Shown: positions 29,784 to 39,182 of the stretch, in pieces
How positions within the stretch are numbered: position 1 is the stretch's first letter
Layout of the letters: the number at the start of each line of letters is the position of its first letter
DNA from: a virus
Length of the DNA stretch: 64,000 nt
Virus record (IMG/VR): IMGVR_UViG_3300032238_000599
Location: 80,987 to 144,986 of that record
Strand: one strand, 5' to 3'
The notes under the pieces: model-generated
The model's database searches: none
What the model saw: only the letters and a program-made list of their open reading frames with translations
What the model was told of the DNA's origin: nothing
Translations under genes and position numbers: made by a program

Positions 29784-30365
29784 ATGAATTTTAATGAACT
29801 AATGACAAAATTGTCAGAAATAGAAGGGTCTGGTACTGTACCACACGATTCAACTGCTAGTCCACTATCACACGTTGATGCAGAAATTGAAGAATGTGGT
29901 ATGCCAGGCATGAGCAACATGCCAAGTGGCATGATGGGCATGAGAGAAGAGCCACCAAAACAAGCTGACTCTGTTACTATGAATGTTAGCATGAATGGTA
30001 GTGGCGCAGGCGGCATTCGTGACTTAATGTCGTTGTTAAGAAACATTGAAGATGGTGGTGCAGAAGACGCTATGCCAACAGTATTGTCAATAGATGAACC
30101 TGAGATGGGTATTGCAATAGGCGGTGATGACGAACACGAGCACGGACACGATGATCACAAAAAGCTACTTGGCGATGTGGGAGAAGAATATGCTAACGAA
30201 CCAGACGAAATGTATTCTGGAGTTAGTGCATCTGTACACAACGGTGCTGATTTGAACAGATCTAAAAGAGGATTTGCGGCAGCTCAGCCAGGTGATAATG
30301 CCATGGCAACTGAGAGCTTAAAAGCACAACTAAAAAATCTGTATACCGAAGTTAAAAACAGATAA
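29784..30365 (+). CDS. Acidic, low-complexity hypothetical protein (probable head/scaffold-associated)
   Basis: AAGGA RBS; rich in Glu, Asp, Met and Gly. Confidence 0.5.
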   Translation: MNFNELMTKLSEIEGSGTVPHDSTASPLSHVDAEIEECGMPGMSNMPSGMMGMREEPPKQADSVTMNVSMNGSGAGGIRDLMSLLRNIEDGGAEDAMPTVLSIDEPEMGIAIGGDDEHEHGHDDHKKLLGDVGEEYANEPDEMYSGVSASVHNGADLNRSKRGFAAAQPGDNAMATESLKAQLKNLYTEVKNR

Positions 30366-30384
30366 TTCTGCTATAAGTACGCTC

Positions 30385-30410
30385 AAAGCGGCCACCATGG
30401 CCGCTTTTTT
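30385..30410 (+). terminator. Intrinsic terminator
   Basis: AAAGCGGCCA-cca-TGGCCGCTTT running into a T tract; immediately followed by TAAATA of the terminase gene. Confidence 0.85.
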
Positions 30411-30425
30411 ATTGTAAATAGTATT

Positions 30426-32027
30426 ATGGGAAAATCATTAGACGGTGTCTTAACCAAAAAGGCACACAAACAAGAAAAGTTTACTGAGCAACAAGTTCAA
30501 GACTTGTTAATGTGTGCTGACCTCGAAACGGGATATTTGCATTTTTCTAAAAACTTTTTTTACATACAACACCCTACTAAAGGTAAAATGTTGTTTGAAC
30601 CTTTTGACTATCAAGTAAGATTGTTAGACACTTATCACGGTAGTCGATTTAATGTAAACATGTTACCTCGACAAATGGGCAAGACTACTTGTGCTAGTGC
30701 TTATTTGTTATGGTATGCTATGTTTCATCCAGACTCAACACTACTTGTTGCCGCGCACAAATACACAGGCGCACAAGAAATTATGCAACGTATTCGTTAC
30801 GCATATGAAGATTGTCCTGATCATATTCGTTGCGGTGTTGTAAGTTACAACAAACAGTCAATTGAATTTGATAACGGTTCGCGTATTGTAGCACAAACAA
30901 CAACGGCTAATACAGGTCGCGGTATGTCTATTACACTATTATACTGTGACGAGTTTGCGTTTGTACAACCTAACATTGCTGAAGAATTCTGGACTTCTAT
31001 TTCGCCTACACTAGCAACTGGTGGACGAGCAATTATTACATCGACACCTAATAGTGACGAAGATACATTTGCACAAATCTGGAAAGATGCAAACAAACAT
31101 TTTGACGAATATGGAAATGAAAGTCCTGAAGGTTTAGGCATCAACGGATTTAAAGGATTTACTTGTTCTTGGAACGAACATCCTGATAGAGATGACGAAT
31201 GGGCAATTACAGAACGTGGGCGTATTGGCGAAGAAAAGTTTCGACGTGAATATGGATGTGAATTCTTAATCTACGACGAAACACTGATTAACAGTATTAA
31301 ACTTAGCGAACTGTCAGGCAGAGATCCTATCAGTCGAATGGGGCAAACTAGAATTTACAAAAAACCTGAAGCTGGAAATCTCTATCTTGTAAGTTTAGAT
31401 CCTAGTCTTGGAACTGGCGGCAACTATAGTGCTATTGAAGTTATAGAACTGCCCAGTTTTGAACAAGTGGCCGAGTGGCATCATAATATGACTCCTATAC
31501 AAGGGCAAATTAAAATCATGCGAGAAATTCTTGAGTGGATTCAAGATCATATTGGACAAGAAAACAGTAACAGCATATACTGGTCAATTGAAAATAACAA
31601 CATCGGTGAAGCAGGACTTGTTTGTATTAGGGACGTAGGCGAAGAGCATTTTCCAGGCATGTTTGTAAGCGAACCAATTCGTAAAGGACATGTACGTAAA
31701 TTCCGTAAGGGATTTAATACAACACATAAGAGTAAGATTTCAGCCTGTGCTAGATTGAAACATTTAATTGAACAGGGCACATTTAAAATGCACAGTAGGC
31801 CCTTAATAACTGAATTAAAAGCCTTCATTGCACAAGGTATTACATTTAAAGCTAAAGTAGGTGAATACGACGACTTAGTCAGTGCGTTATTACTAGCTGT
31901 ACGCATGAGCGCGGTGCTAGCGGACTGGGATCCACGTGTTTTTGAAACACTAAGCAGTCGAGAAGACTGGGACGAAGAAGATTATGAACCGCCGATGCCT
32001 ATATTTGTTTCAACAGGGCTAGGATAA
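30426..32027 (+). CDS. terL: Terminase large subunit (T4 gp17-like)
   Basis: PRQMGKTT Walker A, YCDEFAF Walker B, ITSTPN, FRREYGCEF, nuclease SLDPSLG and YDDLV motifs. Confidence 0.95.
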   Translation: MGKSLDGVLTKKAHKQEKFTEQQVQDLLMCADLETGYLHFSKNFFYIQHPTKGKMLFEPFDYQVRLLDTYHGSRFNVNMLPRQMGKTTCASAYLLWYAMFHPDSTLLVAAHKYTGAQEIMQRIRYAYEDCPDHIRCGVVSYNKQSIEFDNGSRIVAQTTTANTGRGMSITLLYCDEFAFVQPNIAEEFWTSISPTLATGGRAIITSTPNSDEDTFAQIWKDANKHFDEYGNESPEGLGINGFKGFTCSWNEHPDRDDEWAITERGRIGEEKFRREYGCEFLIYDETLINSIKLSELSGRDPISRMGQTRIYKKPEAGNLYLVSLDPSLGTGGNYSAIEVIELPSFEQVAEWHHNMTPIQGQIKIMREILEWIQDHIGQENSNSIYWSIENNNIGEAGLVCIRDVGEEHFPGMFVSEPIRKGHVRKFRKGFNTTHKSKISACARLKHLIEQGTFKMHSRPLITELKAFIAQGITFKAKVGEYDDLVSALLLAVRMSAVLADWDPRVFETLSSREDWDEEDYEPPMPIFVSTGLG

Positions 32028-32034
32028 ATACAAC

Positions 32035-34140
32035 ATGAACGCAAATCTAGAAAACATTGCAGAAGAACTATTTGGAAAAATACGTACCCGCTTTCCTACC
32101 ATTCAATTAGGGGATGAAAAGGGCGAAGTTATTGCCAACGAAAATGATATTGGCCAAGCACGATTTTTCGAATTTGACTATGTAAAAGAAGGAATTCCTT
32201 TAGGTAGTGTAAGCATTCAGTTAAGTGAAAAAAATGGCTTAACAGTTATGTATAGCAACGATCTAGTAGAAGGCCAAGGACAAAACCTAGTAAATGAATG
32301 GTATGGTTTCCTTAAAAGCCTTAGAGAATTTGCCAAGAAAAGATTATTAAATTTTGACACACGTGATCTTGTTAAGAGCAATCTAGACAAACGCGATTAC
32401 GAATTTTTAGCCAAGACTGGAGAAGGCCAAATGACCGAAAGTAAATTATGGGGAACTAACAGAACTAGTTTCCAAGATATGGGAGAAGCTAAAATTATAG
32501 TTAAGCATAGCAAAAATGTTAACTATGATAATCCAGCTGGACGAACACTTCATATCGAAAGCATCTTTATTGAAAATGCAGAAGGTGAGCGTTTTAAATA
32601 TCCATATAAGCATCTTAATGGCGCCCGTGCTCTTGCAAGACACGTTGCACACGGTGGCACACCATACGATCAAATTGGCGAACATGTTATTGGTCTAAGT
32701 GAAGAATTAAGCAAGTTACGTTTCTTTAAAGGCTATGTAAGCCGCCAAGAACAAGTAAGTGAAGCAATGGGAAATGTAACTGACAAAGTTATCGAGCGTA
32801 TTGATCAAGTTAAAAAAGAAATACATCAACTACAATCAGAAAGTCATTACCAATCGTTTGTTGAAAGTTTTCAAACACAAGAAGCTCGTGCTATTCCCGA
32901 AGACATTATGAATGACTGGGTTGATCGTTTAACTGTTCGCAGTTTTAACGAAGCTTTAAAAGATGTCTTCCCTTACATTTATAAACTAGTAGGCGAAGAC
33001 GGCGTACAGGTTAAAGAACTTTCTGTCGACGACATAATTGGTGAAGCTGAAGAAGAATGTGAAGAATGCGGAATGCTTGAAAGTAAGTGTGAGTGTGATG
33101 ACGAAATAGAAGAAAGTTTTGACCTAGTCCAAGAATTCGAAAATGCTATCGAACAAATTGTAAAAGAAGATGATGACTTGTTTAGTACTGACGGACAAGT
33201 TCAACAGTCTGCAATTGATAAACTAAATCGTTTAATGGCACAAGAATTAAAAGCAGGTCCAGATGGTACTAACGCTACTATGACATTGAAAGGATTAATC
33301 GATGATTCAGAGTTTACAAAAACTCTAAAGTCATTGCCTGCAGAAACCGATATTCGTCCTTTAGTAAAAGGTTATGTTGACACTAACTATCCAGAGCTAG
33401 CAGATAAATTAAACTTTGGAAGTGAAAGCGGTGTAGATAGCTCAAGCCCTGCAGAACCTCCAGCGCCGGCGGCAGCACCTGCTGAAGCTCCTCCAGCAGC
33501 ACCAGAGGCAACGGCTGCTCCTGCTGAACAACCAGCACCTGCTACAGAAAGTACTGATCGTAAATCAAAAGGTGGTGCAAGAGAAGTTGTAGAATTTATT
33601 AAATCATTCTATGATAGAGATCGCGGAACATTCCCTAAAGGCGAAATGGGCGTTATGATTGCTGCCAAGAAAGAATTTGGTGATCATGTTGTACCAGTAG
33701 CTAAACGTGTAATTGAAACCTTATCTACTATTGGACAACCAAAGCGTGCCGAGCATGAAGAGATGGAAGGTATTAAAAAACTAGCCGGTTTGAACCGTGG
33801 CGAAGTAGAAGAAGAAATGCCTCCTATGATAGATCCAAATGCTATGATGAAACAGCAAATGGACAGAATGCAAGGTAAGATGCCTAATCTAGATCCTGCT
33901 ACTATGATGAAAAGTCAGCAAGACAGAATAGCAAACATGAAAACAAAAATGCCAACTGATGGCGGAGATAGCTATAAAGTAAATGGCAAGCCTGTTTCAA
34001 AACAAGAATACGATGCATTTATGGCGCAACATCCAGAGCTTGCTCAGAATATGAAAGACCCAATGAACGTAGTCAAAGGCAATCCTGAGCTAGCTAGAAT
34101 TAAGAAAATGGCTGGCATGAGCAACGATAACGATTGGTAA
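32035..34140 (+). CDS. Large acidic hypothetical protein, probable internal head protein
   Basis: Glu-rich with a Pro/Ala linker and two IKK(L/M)AG motifs; preceded by TAAATA. Confidence 0.55.
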   Translation: MNANLENIAEELFGKIRTRFPTIQLGDEKGEVIANENDIGQARFFEFDYVKEGIPLGSVSIQLSEKNGLTVMYSNDLVEGQGQNLVNEWYGFLKSLREFAKKRLLNFDTRDLVKSNLDKRDYEFLAKTGEGQMTESKLWGTNRTSFQDMGEAKIIVKHSKNVNYDNPAGRTLHIESIFIENAEGERFKYPYKHLNGARALARHVAHGGTPYDQIGEHVIGLSEELSKLRFFKGYVSRQEQVSEAMGNVTDKVIERIDQVKKEIHQLQSESHYQSFVESFQTQEARAIPEDIMNDWVDRLTVRSFNEALKDVFPYIYKLVGEDGVQVKELSVDDIIGEAEEECEECGMLESKCECDDEIEESFDLVQEFENAIEQIVKEDDDLFSTDGQVQQSAIDKLNRLMAQELKAGPDGTNATMTLKGLIDDSEFTKTLKSLPAETDIRPLVKGYVDTNYPELADKLNFGSESGVDSSSPAEPPAPAAAPAEAPPAAPEATAAPAEQPAPATESTDRKSKGGAREVVEFIKSFYDRDRGTFPKGEMGVMIAAKKEFGDHVVPVAKRVIETLSTIGQPKRAEHEEMEGIKKLAGLNRGEVEEEMPPMIDPNAMMKQQMDRMQGKMPNLDPATMMKSQQDRIANMKTKMPTDGGDSYKVNGKPVSKQEYDAFMAQHPELAQNMKDPMNVVKGNPELARIKKMAGMSNDNDW

Positions 34141-34155
34141 TACTAAGGATATTTT

Positions 34156-35379
34156 ATGAACGATCAAACATTTAAAGGGTTTAAATTCTATAGAGATTTA
34201 TTAAACGAAGCTCCGTACACCGGAATTGATCCAATTATACGTCAACGTTTAGGAATGCAACCTGCAACACAAGCCGAGATAGATGCATACACTAAAGCTA
34301 ATCCAGGTGGATTGCGAGACAGAAATGGTAACCCTATTAGAGATGGGTCAGGACAGCCAATTCAAAGCGGTGGAACTAATGCTGTAGTAAGTGCGGCAAC
34401 GCAAGCGGCACAAGCGGCAACGCCTGCTCCACAAACAGGAGATGCCGCAAACCCAATGCAAAAAGACCCAGCACAAGCGGCACAAGCGGCACAAGCGGCA
34501 CAAGCGGCACAAGCCCCACAAACAGGTGCTGCCGCAAACCCAATGCAAAAAGACCCAGCACAAGCGGCACAAGCGGCACAAGCCGCCGCGCCACAAGGTT
34601 CTATTGCTACTGATACAACAGATCCATTAGCACCAAACAATCAGCCTAAACAACCGCCAGCTATGACAGCTTCCGATCAAGAAGATGCTGACATGGGTGC
34701 CGCAATGCGAGCTAATCAAAATCAAGCAGGACATGATGCGGCAATTGCTAGCGGAGCACAAGATGATGCTACTGGAGTGGATGCCGCAGTTGCCGCAAAT
34801 GCCGCAAAACCAGCTACTGCTGCCGGAGCAGCCGCCCAGCCAGCAAGACCAGTAACTAAGACACCTACCGCAAAAGGCGACCCAAAAATTGTTGCTTATC
34901 AAAATGAGTTAATTAAGAAAGGTGCTAAAATTAAAGCAGACGGAATTTATGGACCGGCAACTAATCAAGCCGCAACACAATTTGGTTTGCCACCTCCGGC
35001 TGGAATCAAAACTACTGCTAATGCTGGCGGCCCAACAAAAACTCTACCAGCAGGCACGCCTCCGATGAAGAGTAAAATTGGCCAAGCTATTACAGGACAA
35101 CAACCAAATATTGCAAAACCTGCCCCAACTGGTGCCGCAACACAGCCAGCAACTACCGGCACTACTAACCAATCAGTGCAAGGCAATATGAAAATGGGTA
35201 AACCAGATGGTCCTATTACATTCAATGGTAAAGTAGTGCAACCAGGCGCACCAGAATATGCAGCCGCTTCAGATGCATTAATTAAGGCACAACAAAAATC
35301 TCAAAACATGAGAAGACCTATGGGTGCTCAACCAACTGGTGGAACAATTAGACAAGGTGCGGCAAGCACTACTTATTAA
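34156..35379 (+). CDS. Low-complexity Ala/Gln/Pro protein with a peptidoglycan-binding (PG_binding_1-like) domain
   Basis: IVAYQNEL...ADGIYGPATNQA motif; AAGGA RBS; AQA repeats. Confidence 0.65.
   Translation: MNDQTFKGFKFYRDLLNEAPYTGIDPIIRQRLGMQPATQAEIDAYTKANPGGLRDRNGNPIRDGSGQPIQSGGTNAVVSAATQAAQAATPAPQTGDAANPMQKDPAQAAQAAQAAQAAQAPQTGAAANPMQKDPAQAAQAAQAAAPQGSIATDTTDPLAPNNQPKQPPAMTASDQEDADMGAAMRANQNQAGHDAAIASGAQDDATGVDAAVAANAAKPATAAGAAAQPARPVTKTPTAKGDPKIVAYQNELIKKGAKIKADGIYGPATNQAATQFGLPPPAGIKTTANAGGPTKTLPAGTPPMKSKIGQAITGQQPNIAKPAPTGAATQPATTGTTNQSVQGNMKMGKPDGPITFNGKVVQPGAPEYAAASDALIKAQQKSQNMRRPMGAQPTGGTIRQGAASTTY
34429..34584 (+). repeat. 87-bp intragenic duplication with nested 9-bp GCACAAGCG tandem repeats
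   Basis: CCACAAACAGG...AAAGACCCA starts at 34429 and 34516, followed by 5 and 3 units of GCACAAGC(G/C). Confidence 0.9.
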
Positions 35380-35415
35380 TTGGTAAAAATAAATCAGTTT
35401 TAAGCAAGATTTCTC

Positions 35416-35444
35416 TTGCAAACATAAATAAAAGTGCGTATACT
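35416..35444 (+). promoter_or_regulatory. sigma70-like promoter for the gp32 operon, with TAAATA in the spacer
   Basis: TTGCAA-N17-TATACT; TAAATA at 35425-35430. Confidence 0.65.
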
Positions 35445-35468
35445 ACGGTATATGCACTTTTTGTTTTT
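35430..35468 (+). terminator. cUACGg-capped hairpin followed by a U-rich tract
   Basis: AAAAGTGCGTATAC-tacg-GTATATGCACTTTT then TGTTTTT. Confidence 0.65.
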
Positions 35469-35531
35469 ACATAGTGTAGAAACAATTAAAGGCAATATAA
35501 AAGGCTATTAAAATTTATTAGGAGGCTCATT

Positions 35532-36515
35532 ATGGCATCATTAGCTGAAATTCGCGCAAAATTAAAGGAACAAGAAGGTAATCGTTCAAACAACGATGGT
35601 AACAGAACAGGTGGAGATAATTCCATTTATCCGTTCTGGAACTTAAAGGAAGGTTCCGAATCAACAGTCCGTTTTCTTCCTGACGGAAATACCGATAATA
35701 CATTTTTCTGGGTAGAACGTGCAATGATCAAATTGCCTTTTGCTGGGGTCAAAGGCGAAAGTGAAAGCAAGCAGGTTATTGTTAATGTTCCTTGTATGGA
35801 AATGTACGGTGATACTTGCCCAATCCTTTCAGAGGTTCGTGGCTGGTTTAAAGATCCAAGTCTTGAAGACATGGGTCGTAAATACTGGAAGAAACGTTCT
35901 TATATCGCTCAAGGATTTGTTGTCGAAGACGGCCTTGCAGAAAAAGAAACACCAGAAAACCCAATTCGTCGATTCATCATCGGCCCTCAAATTTATCAAC
36001 TTATCCGTGCAGGTTTGTTAGATCCAGAAATGGATGAAAGCCCGACACACTATGCCAAGGGTACTGATTTTAAATTAATCAAAACTTCAAAAGGTGGCTA
36101 TGCTGATTATTCTACATCAAAGTGGAGCCGTCGTACTCGTCCATTAGACGATGCTGAATCAGCCGCAATTGAAAAGAATGGGTTGTTTAATCTAAAAGAT
36201 TACTTGCCTAAGAAACCAGGCGAAATTGAACTCAAAGTTATCAAAGAAATGTTTGAAGCATCAGTAGATGGTGAAGCATTTGACATGGAACGTTGGGGAC
36301 AATACTTCCGCCCAGCAGGTATGAGTGCCGCAACTGGCGATCCTAATTCTGTTAAAGCCGCTCCAAAAGCCGCTCCAGCAGATGATGAGTTTGATGACGA
36401 ACCTCCAGCAGTAAAATCTGCTCCTGCTCCTAAAGCAGAACCAGCCGCAAAGGCTGAAGGTGGCGACAGTCGTGCCCAAGACATCTTGGCAATGATTCGT
36501 AACCGTCAAAAGTAA
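35532..36515 (+). CDS. gp32: Single-stranded DNA-binding protein (T4 gp32-like)
   Basis: VRFLPD, C...CPI, YWKKRSY and YADYSTSKW motifs; acidic Ala/Pro tail; AGGAGG RBS. Confidence 0.85.
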   Translation: MASLAEIRAKLKEQEGNRSNNDGNRTGGDNSIYPFWNLKEGSESTVRFLPDGNTDNTFFWVERAMIKLPFAGVKGESESKQVIVNVPCMEMYGDTCPILSEVRGWFKDPSLEDMGRKYWKKRSYIAQGFVVEDGLAEKETPENPIRRFIIGPQIYQLIRAGLLDPEMDESPTHYAKGTDFKLIKTSKGGYADYSTSKWSRRTRPLDDAESAAIEKNGLFNLKDYLPKKPGEIELKVIKEMFEASVDGEAFDMERWGQYFRPAGMSAATGDPNSVKAAPKAAPADDEFDDEPPAVKSAPAPKAEPAAKAEGGDSRAQDILAMIRNRQK

Positions 36516-36519
36516 TTTA

Positions 36520-36540
36520 ATAGGGGGCAAGTCCCCCTAT
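36520..36540 (+). other. Intergenic hairpin (possible attenuator or processing site)
   Basis: ATAGGGGG-caagt-CCCCCTAT between gp32 and uvsX; no strong U tract. Confidence 0.55.
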
Positions 36541-36563
36541 TCATCATTTAGGAGAACCCCATT

Positions 36564-37634
36564 ATGGCTACAAAAGCCTTCGATTTATCAAAATTTCGCA
36601 AGACGTTGACTAAGAGCATCGACGGTCTTAGCGTTGGATTCCAGGACCCAACTGATTGGGTTAGTACTGGAAATTATGCTCTAAATTATCTTATCAGCGG
36701 TGATTTCAATCGAGGAATTCCGCTAGGTAAGGTTACTGTATTCGCCGGTGAATCTGGTGCAGGCAAAAGTTACATTTGTTCAGGTAATCTTGTTCGCAAT
36801 GCACAAGAACAAGGAATTTATGTTGTTCTAGTTGACAGCGAAAATGCTCTTGATGAAAAATGGCTACATGCTCTTAACGTAGATACCAGCGAAGACAAAC
36901 TACTTAAACTTAATATGGCTATGATTGATGACGTTGCTAAAACTATCAACGAATTCATGAAAGAGTACAAAGTTATGCCAGAAGATTCTCGTCCTAAGGT
37001 CTTATTTGTCATAGACTCATTGGGTATGTTGCTTACCCCTACCGATGTCAACCAGTTTGAAGCGGGAGACCTTAAAGGCGATATGGGCCGTAAACCTAAA
37101 GCATTAACAGCACTAGTTCGTAACTGTGTTAACATGTTTGGCGCGGCAAATGTTGGACTAGTTGCTACTAATCACACATACGCAAGCCAAGATATGTTTG
37201 ACCCAGATGACAAAATTAGTGGTGGTCAAGGTTTTATCTATGCATCAAGTATTGTTGTTGCTATGAAAAAGCTCAAACTTAAAGAAGACGAAGATGGTAA
37301 CAAGATTTCAGAAGTAAAAGGTATTCGTGCCGCATGTAAGATCATGAAGACACGCTATGCTAAACCTTTTGAGTCAGTACAAGTTAAGATTCCTTATGAA
37401 ACAGGTATGAACCCTTACAGCGGGCTAGTTGATTTGTTTGAAGCCAAAGGTTTCTTACAAAAAGATGGCAACAGACTTAAATACGCTGGGTCAGATGAGG
37501 TAAAACTTTACCGTAAAGAATGGGAAAGAAATGAGAACGGCTGTCTTGATAAAGTGATGATTGACTTTGCCGAGAATCCTATTGTACAATCTAACATCGA
37601 CCTTGAAACTGGGGAAATTTTAGAACATGAATGA
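36564..37634 (+). CDS. uvsX: RecA-like recombinase UvsX
   Basis: STGNYALN, FAGESGAGKS, DSE, VIDSLG, NHTY and ISGG motifs. Confidence 0.92.
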   Translation: MATKAFDLSKFRKTLTKSIDGLSVGFQDPTDWVSTGNYALNYLISGDFNRGIPLGKVTVFAGESGAGKSYICSGNLVRNAQEQGIYVVLVDSENALDEKWLHALNVDTSEDKLLKLNMAMIDDVAKTINEFMKEYKVMPEDSRPKVLFVIDSLGMLLTPTDVNQFEAGDLKGDMGRKPKALTALVRNCVNMFGAANVGLVATNHTYASQDMFDPDDKISGGQGFIYASSIVVAMKKLKLKEDEDGNKISEVKGIRAACKIMKTRYAKPFESVQVKIPYETGMNPYSGLVDLFEAKGFLQKDGNRLKYAGSDEVKLYRKEWERNENGCLDKVMIDFAENPIVQSNIDLETGEILEHE

Positions 37635-37878
37635 GAATCAAATTGCCGATATTTGGATGCTATTTAAAGAGTATCTAGACAAAAAAACAATGGATGTAGT
37701 AGCAGAACGCTTTGTCGACTTGTTAGCCGACTACGGTGTTAGTGACAGTGTATTAAGTGCCGCTTCAGGTACTGATGAGGTCTTAGACGATGCTATCAGT
37801 TTTTATCTAGATGAAACTAGCGAAGAAGAAGAAGGATTTGAAGAAGATAACTGGGACTACGGCGAAGACGACGATTAA
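37627..37878 (+). CDS. Small, highly acidic hypothetical protein
   Basis: 83 aa ending DETSEEEEGFEEDNWDYGEDDD. Confidence 0.65.
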   Translation: MNENQIADIWMLFKEYLDKKTMDVVAERFVDLLADYGVSDSVLSAASGTDEVLDDAISFYLDETSEEEEGFEEDNWDYGEDDD

Positions 37879-37880
37879 TT

Positions 37881-38333
37881 ATGTGGTACTCAAAGATTAG
37901 TAAGGACATTTCCTACATTCCAGATGCTGTGGAATATTTCAATGCCGAATTAGAGGACGCAAGAAGTGATGCTCGTATAACGGGAAATATAGAAAAGGCC
38001 GCGGCCAGTATGCCAGGTATTGTGGAACAACGGTTTAGTCAACTTCAAGAGATTGAAGCTATTCTTGAGTACCTCAACATTGAACTAAGACGACTACGTA
38101 GTCAACATTTTCGAAAATATTTAGAAAATTATCAACGGGCTTTGTCTTCTAGAGACTGTGAAAAGTTTGTGGAAGGCGAAGCTGACGTTGTTGACTTTGA
38201 AAAAATTATTAATGAGTTTGCCTTGCTAAGAAATCGATGGCTAGGTATTACTAAAGCACTTGATGTTAAGCAATGGCAGTTATCCAATGTGATTAAACTA
38301 AGAACTGCTGGCATGGAAGACGCTACTTTATGA
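37881..38333 (+). CDS. uvsY: Recombination mediator UvsY-like
   Basis: Helical 150-aa protein near uvsX; C-terminal K..D.KQWQLSNVIKLR pattern. Confidence 0.7.
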   Translation: MWYSKISKDISYIPDAVEYFNAELEDARSDARITGNIEKAAASMPGIVEQRFSQLQEIEAILEYLNIELRRLRSQHFRKYLENYQRALSSRDCEKFVEGEADVVDFEKIINEFALLRNRWLGITKALDVKQWQLSNVIKLRTAGMEDATL

Positions 38334-39151
38334 AGCAAAAACCAACTTTATTTTTTAATGGTTGTAGTTTTGTTCACGGTGATAGTTTACTAACAGATTT
38401 TCCAGGAGAGCTTAATCTTTCCGATCGTGTTAGCAAACTAACTGACCATAAAACTGTAAATCTTGCAATTTATGGTGCTACTAACGACCTAATTACTTTT
38501 ACAACCATTGAATATTTTAACAACCTTTCTCCAGAAGAGAGAAAAAATCATGTGGCATGCATTGGATGGACCGAGTGTTCACGTACAATGATTCCACATC
38601 CGTATCTTGACATCCCTGACAGGGATTATATCAACCCTGACAACATTTACAACTTGCAAAAACTGTGGATGCACCTAAATCTCATTGTTTTGAAACATGC
38701 AGACGAAGATGTGCGTGAAAGGTTCCGCCCGTTAGTGAAAGAAATGCTTATACACATGGGCGAGCCCTATTGGTTTAAAGAGCATGTCAAAAATATTATC
38801 TTACTTGAAAATTATTTCAAGGCAAATGGCATTCCATATATGTTTTGGAACAGCATTGGCTTACCTATTAACAGACTAGACAAGCAAACTAGGGCAACTT
38901 TCGAAAAATACGTCGATTGGACAAAATGGATCAACTGGGCTGAACTAGATTTAGGAGTAAACCTTGCTCCGCCACCGAACGCCACACATCAATACAATCA
39001 AAAATACGGTGTGCTCGGTATGATGATGAATGATAGCGTAAAATATGAGGATGTGTGGACTAGTACAGGACATCCTGGACCTATCACTTGTCAAAAATGG
39101 GCTGAAGTTTTAGTACAACATTTAAAAATCAAAAATCTCATAGAAATTTGA
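38330..39151 (+). CDS. SGNH/GDSL-hydrolase-like protein
   Basis: FNGCSFVHG, NLAIYGATN, IGWT..R and C-terminal GHP motifs. Confidence 0.65.
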   Translation: MKQKPTLFFNGCSFVHGDSLLTDFPGELNLSDRVSKLTDHKTVNLAIYGATNDLITFTTIEYFNNLSPEERKNHVACIGWTECSRTMIPHPYLDIPDRDYINPDNIYNLQKLWMHLNLIVLKHADEDVRERFRPLVKEMLIHMGEPYWFKEHVKNIILLENYFKANGIPYMFWNSIGLPINRLDKQTRATFEKYVDWTKWINWAELDLGVNLAPPPNATHQYNQKYGVLGMMMNDSVKYEDVWTSTGHPGPITCQKWAEVLVQHLKIKNLIEI

Positions 39152-39176
39152 CATTTTTGTTAACGTATGTTATAAT
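39148..39176 (+). promoter_or_regulatory. Consensus sigma70 promoter, probably giving a leaderless mRNA
   Basis: TTGACA-N17-TATAAT; ATG 39183 follows the -10 box after 6 nt. Confidence 0.85.
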
Positions 39177-39182
39177 AAAAAC

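Noticed and set aside
34348-35225. Alternative-frame ORFs with CRL, LVP, ACA and HKR repeats that look like RiPP precursors
   Set aside because: They are shadows of the 9-bp repeat in the real 34156 gene and have no independent expression signals.
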